A stretch of DNA of 64,000 bases. Source: Basidiobolus meristosporus CBS 931.73. Taxonomy: Eukaryota; Fungi; Basidiobolomycota. The stretch lies in the NCBI GenBank assembly GCA_002104905.1, contig MCFE01000098.1, positions 1-64,000 of the forward strand, read 5' to 3'. How positions within the stretch are numbered: the stretch's first letter is position 1; the number at the start of each line of letters is the position of its first letter. The notes under the pieces are model-generated. The model was not told the DNA's origin and ran no database searches. It saw nothing but the letters and a program-made list of their open reading frames with translations. This document shows, in pieces, positions 23,701 to 37,125 of the stretch. Made by a program: the position numbers and the translations under genes.

Positions 23701-26700
23701 GCACCGACTCAGCATCCAGATGGCCAACGCATCCTTCTACTATGGCTACGAATATCTAGGCGTGCCTGACCGCCTGGTTCAAACTCCGCTGACCGATCGT
23801 TGCTACCTTACACTCACCCAGGCCTTGGAGGCTCGACTTGGCGGATCGCCGTTCGGACCAGCCGGTACCGGAAAAACCGAATCCGTGAAGGCCCTTGGCG
23901 TGCAGCTGGGCCGATTCGTGTTGGTCTTCTGCTGTGATGAGAACTTCGATTTCCAGGCCATGGGCAGAATCTTCATTGGTCTATGCCAGGTTGGCGCCTG
24001 GGGCTGTTTCGATGAGTTCAATCGTCTGGAGGAGCGCATTCTCAGTGCGGTGTCGCAGCAGGTGCAGACCATCCAGACCGGCCTGAAGGAGGCAATGACC
24101 AATCCAAACCTGGAGATTGACATCGTCGGCCGCAACGTCAAGGTCAACTCGGACACCGGTATCTTCATCACCATGAATCCTGGCTATGCTGGGAGATCCA
24201 ATCTCCCCGACAATTTGAAGAAGCTGTTCCGCAGCATCGCCATGACGAAACCTGATCGGGAGCTTATTGCCCAGGTGATGCTCTACTCGCAGGGCTTCCG
24301 TACGGCGGAATTGCTGGCGTCCAAGGTGGTCCCCTTGTTCAACCTCTGCGCGGAGCAGCTCTCGCCTCAGTCGCATTACGATTTCGGCCTTCGTGCGTTG
24401 AAGAGTGTGTTGGTCAGCGCAGGTAACCTCAAGCGTGATCGACTACAGTCCGTGCGGCTCATCATCCAGGAGCAGGGTGGTGAAGAGACCAATTTCGAGC
24501 AAATCTCCGAGGGCTTGCCCGAGCAGGAGATTTTGATCCAGAGCATCCGTGAGACGATGGTCCCGAAGCTGGTTGCCGATGATATTCCTCTCCTCCGAAG
24601 CTTGCTGGCCGACGTATTCCCCGGCGTCGATTATGTCCCGGTGGACCTGGATCGTCTCAAGGCCGAGATCCAAAAGGTGTGTGCGGAACGCCGTCTGGTG
24701 CCGGGCGAGATGTGGCTCGAGAAGGTTCTGCAGCTCTACCAAATCCAAAACATCCATCACGGCCTGATGATGGTTGGCCCTTCTGGCAGCGGCAAATCCA
24801 TGGCCTGGCAGGTACTCCTCCAAGCGTTAGAGAGAGTGGAGGGCGTCGAGGGGGTGGACTACGTTATTGATCCCAAGGCCATCTCGAAGGACGCTTTGTA
24901 TGGCACCCTCGACGCTACAACTCGTGAATGGACCGATGGTTTGTTCACCCACATCCTCAGAAAGATCGTGGATAACGTCCGTGGCGAAAGCGCCAAGCGC
25001 CACTGGATCATATTCGATGGCGATGTTGACCCGGAGTGGGTTGAGAATCTTAACAGTGTGCTGGATGACAATCGACTCTTGACACTGCCAAACGGCGAAC
25101 GTCTAGGCTTGCCCCCTAACGTCCGTATCATGTTCGAGGTGGAAACCCTGAAGTACGCCACTCTTGCTACGGTGAGTAGATGCGGTATGGTCTGGTTCAG
25201 TGAAGATGTCGTTACTCTTCCCATGCTCTTCTCCAATTACATCGAGACTCTGAAGGAGGTTGCTCTGGATGACACCGAGGAAGAAACGTTCACCAGAAGG
25301 ACCGAATCCGAGGAGAACAACTCTGAGTCCCCGAACATGGTCACTCAAGCCTCTTGCGCCAATATCATGGCCCCCTACTTCAACGAAGATGGCCTGGTCA
25401 CGAAATCCGTCGAGCATGCTGCCACGCTGGAGCACATCATGGATTTCACCCGTATGCGTGTCCTCAACACCTTGTTCTCCCTGTTGAACAAGACCGTCCG
25501 CAACATCCTGGAGTACAACTCGCAGCACCCTGACTTCCCGATGGGCATTGATCATATGGAGAATTACATCTCGAAGCGTATGGTCTACAGTGTGATTTGG
25601 AGTTTCTCTGGCGATGCCAAACTTAACCTTAGAACGGAGCTTGGCGAATTTGTGCGTGGCATCACCACCATCGACCTCCCTGCCCTCGCCCCTGGCATGT
25701 CGATCATTGACTTCGATGTCACCCTCAACACCGGTGACTGGACACCATGGCAATCCAAGGTGCCCGTCATCGAGATCGAGACGCACACTGTTGCCGAGGC
25801 CGATGTGGTGATTCCAACTGTCGACACTGTTCGACATGAGGACGTTTTGTACTCTTGGCTGTCCGAGCACAAGCCGTTGATTTTATGCGGTCCACCCGGT
25901 TCAGGTAAGACCATGACGTTGTTCAGTGCGCTGCGCAAGCTCCCCGACATGGAGGTGGTCGGACTTAACTTCTCCAGCGCCACCACTCCCGAATTGATCC
26001 TGAAGACGTTCGAGCAGCATTGCGAGTACAGGAAGACGCCCAACGGCGTGATCCTGTCGCCGATCTTGATCGGGAAATGGCTGGTCGTCTTCTGCGACGA
26101 GATCAATCTTCCCGCCACCGACAAGTACGGAACCCAGCGAGTGATCTCGTTCATCCGACAACTCATCGAGTACGGCGGCTTCTGGAGAGCTTCTGACAAG
26201 GCGTGGGTCAAACTGGAGCGCATCCAATTCGTCGGCGCCTGTAACCCCCCAACTGACCCTGGTCGTGTGCCAATGACCCACAGATTCCTGAGACACGCAC
26301 CCTTGGTGATGGTCGATTACCCTGGAGAGCTTTCGCTGAATCAGATCTACGGCACCTTCAGCAGAGCAATGCTGAAGGTGGTCCCCAACCTTAGAGCATA
26401 CTCGGAGCCCCTCACGGCCGCGATGGTAGAGTTCTACCTGCTCTCACAAAGCCACTTCACCCCCGACATGCAAGCCCATTACATCTACTCTCCTCGTGAG
26501 TTGACCCGTTGGATGCGTGGTATCTTCGAGGCAATCAAGCCTATGGAGGAGCTGAATGTCGAAGGACTGGTCCGCATCTGGGCCCACGAAGCCCTTCGTC
26601 TCTTCCAGGATCGTTTGGTGACTGAGGAGGAGCGCCAGTGGACCGACGAGAAGATCGATGAGATTGCCATGAAGCATTTCACCAGCATCGATCAGGAGGA

Positions 26701-29700
26701 GGCCTTGAGCCGACCCATCCTTTTCTCCAACTGGCTGTCCAAGCACTACGTCCCCGTGAAGCGGGAGGAACTGCGGGACTACGCCAAGGCTCGACTGAAG
26801 GTATTCTACGAGGAAGAGCTGGACGTGCCATTGGTACTGTTCAACGATGTGCTGGACCATGTTCTTCGGATCGATCGTGTGTTCCGCCAAATGCAAGGCC
26901 ACCTGCTTCTTATCGGTGTGAGCGGTAGTGGTAAAACCACGCTGTCCAGATTTGTCGCCTGGATGAATGGCTTGAGCGTGTTCCAGATCAAGGCGCACAA
27001 CAAGTACACCGGCGCCGATTTCGACGAGGACCTTCGAACGGTGCTACGCCGCGCCGGTTGCAAGGGGGAGAAGATCTGCTTCATCATGGACGAGTCCAAC
27101 GTCCTTGACTCGGGCTTCCTCGAGAGAATGAATACGCTGTTGGCGAACGCAGAGGTTCCTGGCCTCTTCGAAGGCGACGAACACGCCTCCCTGATGACCC
27201 AATGTAAGGAGGGGGCCCAGCGGGAAGGACTCATGCTTGACTCTAGCGATGAGCTCTACAAATGGTTCACCCAACAAGTGATGAAGAACCTTCACGTGGT
27301 GTTCACCATGAATCCACCCGAAGGCGGACTTGCCTCCCGTGCCGCCACCTCGCCTGCCCTCTTCAATCGATGCGTATTGGACTGGTTCGGTGATTGGTCC
27401 GACCAGGCCTTCTTCCAAGTAGGCAAGGAATTCACCCAGAACCTGGATCTGGACGTTCCTTCCTACGCGGCACCCTCCGAGATCCAGATCGCCTATCGTG
27501 ATCTGCCTCTACCTCCTAGCCACCGGGACGCTATCGTCAACGCGTTCGTCTTCGTTCACCTGTCTCTCTACGAGGTCAATGCCAAATTGAGCAAGCGCCA
27601 GGGACGTCACAACTACGTCACCCCCCGACACTACCTCGACTTCATCAACCACTACGTGAAGCTCTTCAACGAGAAGCGGGAAGACCTGGAAGAGCAGCAG
27701 CGCCATTTGAACATCGGTCTCGAGAAGCTCCGTGATACCGTGGTCAAGGTGGACCAGCTTCGTAAGAGCCTCGCCCTCAAGAAAACCGAGCTCGAGGCCA
27801 AGAATGCCCAGGCCAACGAGAAACTCAAGAAGATGGTGGCCGACCAACAAGAGGCGGAGAAGAAGAAGGCCGCCTCCATCGAGATCCAGGCGGCCTTGGC
27901 GGTGCAGAACAAAGAGATCGAGGAGCGTCGCGCCATTGTCATGACCGACCTGGAGAATGCCGAGCCGGCCGTTCTCGAAGCACAGAAGAGTGTCAGCAAC
28001 ATAAAGAAGCAGCATCTGACGGAAGTTCGTTCCATGGGCAATCCCCCCAAGCACGTCAAGATGGCCATGGAGTCGGTCTGCATCCTCCTCGGCCACAAGA
28101 TCGACAGCTGGAAGACCGTGCAGAGCATCATCCGTAGGGACGATTTCATTTCCAGCATTGTCAACTACAATACCGAGAAGCAGCTTACCCGTGCTCTGCG
28201 CGAGAAGATGAAGCGTGAATTCATCGAGAAGGACCCCGACTACAACTTCGAGCGAGTGAACCAAGCCTCGAAGGCCTGTGGACCGTTGGTCAAGTGGGCG
28301 ATCGCCCAAGTCAACTACTCCGGGATCCTGGACAGAGTCGGCCCACTGCGCAACGAGGTGATCGAGCTTGAGAGAAGCGCCGAGGAAACCAAGGAGAAGG
28401 CCTCGTCCATCGAGAAGATGATCGAGGAGCTGGAGAATAGCATCGCCACCTACAAGGAGGAGTATGCCATCCTCATCAGCGAAACCCAGGCGATCAAGAC
28501 CGAGATGGAGAGAGTGAAGTCCAAGGTGGAGCGCTCCCTCACTCTGCTGGACAGTCTCTCGTCGGAGAAAGAGCGTTGGGAACAGGGAAGCCAGACATTC
28601 GAAACCCAGATGGGAACCATCGTCGGAGACGTACTCTTGTCGTCGGCCTTCCTGGCCTATGGCGGTTACTTCGATCAGCAGTATCGTGAGATCCTGTTCC
28701 AGAAGTGGACCAACCATCTGGTCCGTTCCAGCATCCAGTTCAAGCACGACATCTCCTTGACCGAATACCTGTCTACGGCCGACGAGCGTCTGGCCTGGCA
28801 AGCGAACTCGCTCCCTGCGGACGACCTCTGCATCGAGAACGCCATCATGCTCAAGCGGTTCGACCGCTACCCGTTGATCATCGATCCCTCCGGTCAAGCG
28901 ACCAGCTTCTTGATGAACGAGTACAAGGACCGTAAGATCGCCGTGACCAGCTTCTTGGACGACGCCTTCCTCAAGAACCTGGAGAGCGCCCTTCGATTCG
29001 GTAACCCGTTGCTCATCCAGGATGTGGAGAACCTGGACCCCATCCTCAACCCGGTGCTGAACAAAGAGCTTCGTCGCACGGGCGGTCGTGTGCTGATCCG
29101 CTTGGGCGGACAGGATATCGATTTCTCCCCCGCGTTCACCTTGTTCCTGTCGACCCGCGACCCCTCGGTCAATTTCCCTCCCGACGTGTGCAGCAGAGTC
29201 ACCTTTGTCAACTTCACCGTCACCCGGGGAAGTCTGCAGAGCCAGTGCCTGAACAAGGTTCTCAAGGCCGAGAGACCGGATGTCGATCAAAAGAGAACCG
29301 ACCTCGTGAAACTCCAAGGGGAGTTCCGCCTGAAGCTCCGTCACCTCGAGAAGTCCCTACTTCAAGCGCTCAGCGAGTCCAAGGGCAACATCCTGGACGA
29401 CGACAACGTCATCACCACCCTCGAGACCCTCAAGAGAGAGGCGGCCGAGGTCACCCGCAAGGTGGAGGAGACGGACACCATCATGCAAGAGGTGGAGGAT
29501 GTCACCACCGTGTACACCCCGCTCGCCCAAGCGTGCAGCTCGATCTTCTTCGTGATGGAGCAGCTCAACCAACTTCACCACTTCTACCAGTTCTCCCTCG
29601 ATTTCTTCTACGAGATCTTCAACTACGTCCTCTCGGTGAATCCCAACCTCAAGGGGGTGACCGACCACGACCAGAGACTCGAGATCCTGACCAGGGATCT

Positions 29701-32062
29701 GTTCACCATCGCATTCCGTCGCGCCTCACGGGCCCTGCTCCATGAGGATCACATCACCTTCGCCATGCTGATGTCCCAGATCAAGAACCGTGGCACTGCG
29801 AATCAGCTCGATGAAGGGGAGTACGACTTCCTTCTCAGCGGAGGCGACATCGTGCCCGGGGTCAACGTGACCAGCTCCGACCTGGGCATCCCGGAGGGTC
29901 TGTTGGACGACGAGAGAATGATCCGCATCAAGCAGTACGCAACCCTTCCTTGCTTCAAGGCCCTTCTCGCCCACATGGCCAACAACGAGGGCCAGTGGCG
30001 AGAGTTCTTGAACTCGGGCGCACCTGAGAAGGAGGTGCCGGTGGTGTGGGAGTCCGAGGGCGAGAAGGCTCCACCAAGCATCGACCTCTTCCGCAAGATG
30101 TTGCTCGTCAAGTGCCTTCGTCCTGATCGCCTGCTCCCGGCCGCCTCCGCCTACATCGAGTCGGTGTTCGGGCCCGCCTTCCTGGGCCAGACCGATCTGA
30201 ATTTCAAGAGCCTCGTCGTGGAAGAGATCAGCTCCGCCACGCCCATCTCCCTGTGCTCGGTTCCTGGCTACGACGCAAGTTACCGCGTGGACAACCTTGC
30301 CGCCGAGATGAACTCCAAGTGCACCTCCGTGGCCATGGGCTCCCAGGAAGGGTTCAGCCTCGCGGACCAGGCGATCGCCGGCGCCGTCAAGACCGGAAAC
30401 TGGGTTCTGCTCAAGAACGTCCACCTCGCGCCCCAATGGTTGGCCCAGCTCGAGAAGAGGCTGCACAACATGAAGCCCAACAAGAGCTTCCGGTTGTTCC
30501 TAACCATGGAGACGAACCCGAAGGTCCCGGTGAACCTGCTGAGAATGTCCCGAGTGCTGATGTTCGAACCCCCGCCGGGCATCAAGGCCAACCTCCTCGA
30601 GTCCCTTTCGAACATCCCCCCTGCGAGACTGAACAAGGGACCCAACGAGCGGGTCCGACTCTACTTCCTGCTAGCCTGGCTCCACGCCATCGTCCAGGAG
30701 CGGTTGCGCTACGTCCCATTGGGCTGGACGAAGATCTACGAGTTCAACGACTCCGACCAGGACTGCGCGCTGAACACGATCGACCGCTGGCTGGACGTGG
30801 TGGCCCAGGGCCGGTCGAACCTTTCCCCCGAGAAGATCCCCTGGGACGCGATCAAGACCCTGATCACGCAGTCGGTGTACGGCGGTCGGATCGACAACGA
30901 GTTCGACCAACGTCTCCTCGAGTCCTTCGTGGACTCCCTGTTCACCGCCTCCAGCTACGACCTCGACTTCGACCTGGTGGCGGCCAGCAAGGACGGCGGG
31001 GAGAAGCTGGTCATCCCGGAGGGGACCAAGATCGAGCATTTCCTGAACTGGATCAACTCCCTACCCGAACGGGAGCCTCCCTCCTGGCTTGGGCTGCCGA
31101 GCAACGCGGAGCGCGTCCTCATGATCGCCAAGGGGAACTCGTTGCTCACGAAGGTCCGCAAGATGAAGAACCTCTCGGAGGACGACGAGGTGGTGTTCAC
31201 CGGGGAGTCCTCCACCCAGAGCGAGTCGAACGCCCAGCCCGCGTGGATGAGGTCGATCTACCAGTCGGTGCAGAACTGGCTCCAGGCGCTGCCGGAGTCC
31301 CTCTCGAAGATCACCCGCACCCCGGACAGCATCAAGGACCCACTGTTCCGGGTGTTCGAGCGGGAGATCCAGAGCGGGCACAAGCTGCTCCTCAAGGTCC
31401 GACAAGACCTCAAGGACCTCGAGCAGGTCTGCCGAGGGGAGCTCAAGCAGACGAACCACCTGAGAATGCTGCTGAGCTGCCTCACGAAGGGGATGATCCC
31501 CGACCACTGGCGTCGCTACAAGGTCCCCAAGAACATCTCCCTGAACCACTGGATCGCCGACCTCACCGTGCGTCTGAACCAGCTGGAGGAGATCGCGAAC
31601 GCGACCACCTACCGGAACCGGGAGATCTGGATCGGGGGACTGTTCATCCCGGAGGCGTTCATCACCGCCACCCGACAGGCGGTCGCCCAGACGAACTCCT
31701 GGTCGCTCGAGGAGCTGAGCCTCGAGTTGGACATCGGGGTGACCTCGAGCGAGGACCCGAACGCCTTCACCGCCACCGGGCTCAAGCTGGAGGGGGCGGA
31801 GTGGGAGGCGGACGCGGACGCGGAGTCGGAGTCGGAGTCGGGCGGCCTAAGACTGAGCGCCCTCCCCACCACCAAGCTCAACCCCTCCCAGATCCGGTGG
31901 ATCAAGAAGGCCGACGTCCAGTCCCGGGATCACCAGGTCCCCCTCCCCGTGTACCTCAACGGGGACAGAAGCGACCTGCTGTTCACCGCGTACGTCAACG
32001 CGGACGTCGCCCAGTCGAACATCATCTCCCAACGGGGAGTCGCCATCGTCACCACCTTCTAG
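17769..32062 (+). CDS. DYN1: Cytoplasmic dynein 1 heavy chain; exons 17769-18012, 18071-18400, 18466-18590, 18648-18885, 18945-32062
   Basis: 4369-aa open frame with four P-loops ([32 protein letters not shown]), linker [15 protein letters not shown], a stalk coiled coil and a full C-sequence. Four canonical introns near the 5' end. Confidence 0.98.
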
Positions 32063-32207
32063 ACCGGTCGGCGTCTACCGGCGTGGGTGAGGGAGCGGGG
32101 GCGAGTGCGAGTGCGAGTGCGGAAACCAATCCGGATCGTGATACCCATACCCATACCGGTGTCACTGCCGCTGCCGATCTCCTGAAGGTCATGTTAAAAT
32201 CGACCCG

Positions 32208-32220
32208 TTTATTCAATAAA
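32208..32220. terminator. Candidate bidirectional poly(A) signal TTTATT-C-AATAAA between convergent DYN1 and PHO85
   Basis: AATAAA on + at 32215-32220 and on - at 32213-32208, downstream of both stop codons. Confidence 0.5.
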
Positions 32221-32540
32221 TCAATGAAAAAATTCCAAAGTGGTCTGAAGTGGTCTGGATGTTGGGATGGCCGCCATCGGATGAGCGGGGTTGGGATTGG
32301 AGGGGAGGGGAGCGGAAGGAAAACCCAAGAGTATCCCGGTCCCCAAGCGGTGAGAAGGGAGATGGTGCTTGTGCAACGGTCGACGATGGCGCTTGCTTCC
32401 CAACCTCTGACGTGCAGGGTCGGTGGCTTAGATAGGGCTCTTTTGGGGGGGGTGGGGGTGGGGTTCCCACTCCCGAAATTTATGTAATTTTGGTGTGATA
32501 AGAGGGGGATGGGGGATATGGGATATGGGATGGGAAGCTG

Positions 32541-32585
32541 TGGTGGTGGTGGTGGTGGTGGTGGTGGTGGTGGTGATGGTGGTGG
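32541..32585. repeat. (GGT)n microsatellite within a G-rich intergenic tract
   Basis: tggtggtggt... read directly, one interruption (gat). Confidence 0.95.
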
Positions 32586-32632
32586 CCCCTGTACAATGAG
32601 GGAGAAGGTGGTTCTCGGGTATGGGCACGTGT

Positions 32633-33526
32633 CTACATGTGACGGGAACCACCCACGTTCAAATCCTGGAAGTACACGTGTTGCAAGGCATCCTTGGCGG
32701 AGATTCTGAGATGCGGTTGATACTGCAGCATCCTGGAGAGTAGATCGATCCCGTACGGATCGATCATGGGAAGGATCTGACTTAAACTTTGGGGGGAGTA
32801 AAAGGGGAAGTTGTTTCGGTACGCTGGGAACTGGCTGACCCCGGGCCAGGTATGCTCCGAGGGGGTGCCCAAGGTACGGAAGATCTTCAGCAGCTGATCA
32901 TCGTTGGTGGTGCCCGGGAAAAGGGGTCTTCCGGTGTACATCTCCGCCATGATACACCCAGCCGACCAGATATCGATGGTGGTGGTGTAGTTACGTGAGC
33001 CCAGCAATACGTCCGGCGCTCTATACCAGAGGGTGACCACCTCGTTGGAGAAAGTGTTCACCGGAATCCCGAACGCCCTGGCCAACCCGAAATCCCCCAG
33101 CTTTAGCTCGCACCGGGCGTTGATGAGCAAGTTCTGTGGCTTCAGGTCCCGATGGAGAACCCGGTTCTCGTGGCAGAAAGCGATCCCCCGCAGTAGTTGA
33201 AACATGAACGACTTTATCACCAAAGGCTCCAACGCCCCGTTCACCCCGTGGCTATCCATGTACTTTTTCAGGTCCTTCTCCATGAACTCGAAAACAAGCA
33301 TCAGCTTGTTCTCCGTGTGAACCACGTCATGCAGCCGGACGATGTTGGGGTGCTTCAGTTCCTTCATAAGGGAGATCTCTCGGATTGCCGTCGAAGGAGC
33401 CCCCTCCTCTGCGTCAAGGTGGATCTCCTTCAAGGCAACCGTCTCTCCGTTCAACCGATTCTTACCTTTGAATACGGTGGCGTAGGTCCCTTCCCCTAGT
33501 TTTTCCAGTCGATGATATCTATCCAT
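32633..33526 (-). CDS. PHO85: PSTAIRE cyclin-dependent kinase, Pho85 type, 297 aa, intronless
   Basis: [77 protein letters not shown]. Confidence 0.93.
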   Translation of the reverse strand: MDRYHRLEKLGEGTYATVFKGKNRLNGETVALKEIHLDAEEGAPSTAIREISLMKELKHPNIVRLHDVVHTENKLMLVFEFMEKDLKKYMDSHGVNGALEPLVIKSFMFQLLRGIAFCHENRVLHRDLKPQNLLINARCELKLGDFGLARAFGIPVNTFSNEVVTLWYRAPDVLLGSRNYTTTIDIWSAGCIMAEMYTGRPLFPGTTNDDQLLKIFRTLGTPSEHTWPGVSQFPAYRNNFPFYSPQSLSQILPMIDPYGIDLLSRMLQYQPHLRISAKDALQHVYFQDLNVGGSRHM

Positions 33527-33890
33527 ATGAAAACACTGTTGCGGCTTCCGTGGCGAGTGGCGAGTGTCGAGTCAACGGTAAGGGAGAATTGGCTATGCCT
33601 GGTCACAATAGGGTAAGATGTAAGAGGAAGCAGAATCTTACTTAAAGAGGTAGGCAGGTATGTGGCTGGAGGGCACTCAATCTCATGCCGAGTCACATTG
33701 ATTCCATTTTCTTAGAAAAAACAATCAGTATATTGTTGAGCGTAGTGTAACAATCCCAATGATAGATTCTATGATCAAAATATGAGGATCGCATGGAATC
33801 GGCTACTATTCGCCAGACAGTCAGGTTTTCCGGGTCAGCCAGTCCTTGAAAGCTCTACAAGGCAGCCCATTGTCTAAATTAATCTATGAT

Positions 33891-33914
33891 TGTGTGTGTG
33901 TGTGTTTGTGTGTG
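33891..33914. repeat. (TG)n microsatellite
   Basis: tgtgtgtgtgtgtgtttgtgtgtg. Confidence 0.9.
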
Positions 33915-34072
33915 CTTGTAGTCACGATAATCAAGTTCAATTCAAGATCCCGACTTCCGTTGTCTAAAGCTTCTTGGTAAGCTACTGTTGCTGATGGCAA
34001 TGCTTCGTTTGTGAAGCGGTTGTGTTGATTTATTAGATTGTGGCTGGCATGCTGCAGCCCTTCATTCCTTGC

Positions 34073-36712
34073 TCACACACCTAGCAATGTTTCTACCTGG
34101 CTGGGATTTCGCATGACGACACTGCTGAACAAGCCTGTTTCGTTGCTCTTCATTGCTTCGTAGAACTGTGCGTAGAACTCTAGCAGCCGCTTGATGGCAT
34201 CCTCTCGGATTTTGCTTCGTAGCTGCGAATTATTCAACTTGCCCAGCGGAGAGTATGAGGTATTGAAATCAGAGAGGAACCGGTTGAACTGAGCCATGGC
34301 ATCAGCAACTAGCTGTGGGTCTAGCTCCTCTACCGGAATGGGTGTTGCCTAACGATGGTATCGTCTGTTTAACTTGGCAGCACTTCAACACAAGCCATGT
34401 CCACGCCACTTACTTCATTGTTGGATCCTTCTAGCTGATTCTTGACACTGACTAGGCCAGATTTGTTCAATATCTCGATGTACTACAAATCAAAGGTAAA
34501 TGGATGCATCAGTAAGATGGCGGTTGGAGATCTACTGACGTATTGTTCAGTCAACGCTTTGGAATGTCCCTGGGTCTCTTCATTAAGCAGTTGCATCTGC
34601 TCTTCCGTGCATTGGTAGCGAGACAATGAAACCTGGAACACAATCAAAATCACATCAATGCTGGACCATCCAAACGAATCCCAAGTTCGAACCCAACCTG
34701 TAGGTACTGTATACAATTGATCAAGTAGACTGATCTTGCTATGGGATCCAAGTCTTGCGAGCTGGCTCTGCACATTCTCAAAAGCGGGTCGAGGACACCA
34801 TCCAGAATTCGCGAATAGTCCAAATCTCGCCTGGCCCCAACAAGGGATGTCTCGTACGAGGACATGATTTCTTTCAGCTTGGCTACAGTTGATTTTAGAG
34901 CAGCCGGTGGTGTTAGGTCGGCTCCTGGTGACTACAGATGTCAAATGGTTAGAGATAGGCATGGCTATCTTACAAAACGGCATTCACTTACCTCAGTCTC
35001 GCTGAAGGTTTCGTAGGCATATTCATTCAGAGAGGAGAAGAATACGTCAAATGCCAAATCTTGGATCCTGTGATAAAAGTGGTTCGGATTAATTTGAAGC
35101 CTATATTAGGATAACGCCAGCCTCTTACTGTTGAAGTGTGTCTATTAGATGTGACGCAGTTCCCAGTGTTTTCTTTATCGTGGATGTGTAGAATTGAATG
35201 AGGTTTGATAACCGATGGCGGATGGTGAGCTCAAGGCTTGAATTCAGCACTTGTTCGATTCGCACCTTCAACACAGTGGATTGAACATTTAGTTCAATGC
35301 AAGAAGGAATGCAAAAGTTGGCTCACCGACTTTCAATGGCCGCGCAACACCCTCGACAATTCGGTTTAGATTCTCTACTAGATCGTCATGAGCATCGGTT
35401 GTGTTTGAATGCTCGGTATCTGATACGGCTTATTAATCCCGCGGCTCGCTTAGTAAACAAACAAGCAAACCTTTGCTTTACCTAGCTTTATGTCATACAG
35501 CGCCTCAAGCATTTCTAACTCGCTGGCAACCGTCTGGTGAACCCAGGCAAGCATGTCTCCGACATACCTCATCGGATCATGAGCATAGATCTCTATGGGG
35601 CGTGGCATGCCGCCGGGTCCACCACGTGTCAGTGCATCGATGAAATAGCGAACGATCGTGTTGCGCCTTAATCCTGTCATCTCCTCCATACATGCTCTAC
35701 CGTCAAAATGCCAATGGTTGAGAACAGCTCGATCGTTTTGCCAGTATCTCCGTTCTTACCGGTACAAATCTGGTCGTTGCCTTAGTTCCTTAATGGCCAT
35801 CTTTAGTGTCGGTGTGACATCTGGAGAGTCTCTGCCAAGAATGCGGCATTCAGACTGTGACCATTTGAATAGCTTATCAAACGCCACATCCTGCACCGAA
35901 GTTAGCGAATTCATGATCTCTGTCCTGTTAACCATTACAACATGGGCCCTGTTAAAACTAGGATGCAGTGAGATCGAGATACAACAAGGTCTAACCCTAC
36001 GCTTTGTCTACCAGTGGAGACGAGAGTTTGGCAGTCCTTATGAATTCTCTGTAAATGTGTCAAGGCCGCAAAGAAATTCTCCTCCAGAGGCCCATCAGTA
36101 GAGCCGAGAACCTCAATTTCCTCAGCTGAAAGTGTGAAAGTATCCAAAAATGCCTTGGCAATAATTTCCCTAGCCTCAGCTTTCTTTCTGAGAAATCAAG
36201 GTGTCAGCTACGAAGGCCGCCCTCAAATATTTACGGGACAAGGAATATACACGCTACCTTTCGGACTTCAGAACAGCCGACTTCTCAAGTAGATGGACGG
36301 TTTTGCTTTTGGTGATGTCCACTTCGTTCTGGATTTCGACACAAGAGGCAGTAATTTCCTTTAACTCGGAATCTATTTTCTCTATTTCCTAGAACATGCA
36401 ACAAGAAAGGAGAAAAGCCTCATCAGTTTCAAGCAGCCCACGTTTATTGGAATGCAGCATTGGATGCGCTGGACAAAATTCCACCTTATTGACGTGACCA
36501 AATGCTTCCAGGAACCGCTTATTGATTGACAGCGAACGCTTCTCGATGTCACTGCGCAGGTTCCGACGGGCTTCCAAGGTGTTCTGCTGATAGAATTCCG
36601 ATAATGCCTCCAGAGCCAATTTTTCATTAGGGTCATCCAGATTCGAGGAAAGAACCTTGTTGAGTTTTTGGGAAAGCGGGTTGAACTTGATGCCTAGATT
36701 GTTGCTTTCCAT
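34073..36712 (-). CDS. COG6: Conserved oligomeric Golgi complex subunit 6, multi-exon
   Basis: N-terminal [11 protein letters not shown]...[55 protein letters not shown] and C-terminal [15 protein letters not shown] at 36712. Confidence 0.92.
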
Positions 36713-36819
36713 TTCCGTTTGGCTTCGTGTACAAACAAACCCGACAGTGCTGGGTGGTATAGTCAACTATGCAATAATCAGACGTATTTTATAGAATCCA
36801 ATGTATATTATCGTGTGCG

Positions 36820-36893
36820 TTCATCGTAATACTCATTTCGGAATAGAATATGAGCATTCATCGTAATGCTCACTTCGGAATAGAGTATGAGCA
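36820..36893. repeat. 37-bp tandem duplication in the COG6/UTP5-like divergent promoter
   Basis: ttcatcgtaatactcatttcggaatagaatatgagca followed by ttcatcgtaatgctcacttcggaatagagtatgagca (3 mismatches). Confidence 0.9.
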
Positions 36894-37125
36894 TTTGATC
36901 AACGCCCTCGGGATGATAAGCAAGATTCATAGGAATTCGTCTAACTTGGTTCGGGCTGAGCAATCTGATTTAATGCTAGGCTTCAGTAGTTTGCGCTCGC
37001 TGGTCTGCAAGATGGGAATTTTTTTTTATTCTTTTTTTTCCGTGTGCAATGGCTTTTTCTTCCTGGGGATTGGCCTATGGCTGGAATGGCCAAAGTAAAT
37101 AGTAGATTTCCTCTTTGCATATCTC

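Noticed and set aside
27509-29344. 611-aa antisense ORF and many other long antisense ORFs within DYN1
   Set aside because: These are shadow ORFs caused by very high GC3, which removes stops on other frames. Their length tracks the GC gradient and they carry no recognisable motifs.
30253-32487. 744-aa alternative-frame ORF overlapping the DYN1 3' end
   Set aside because: R/P/G-rich translation typical of a shifted frame of GC-rich coding DNA; no domain signal.
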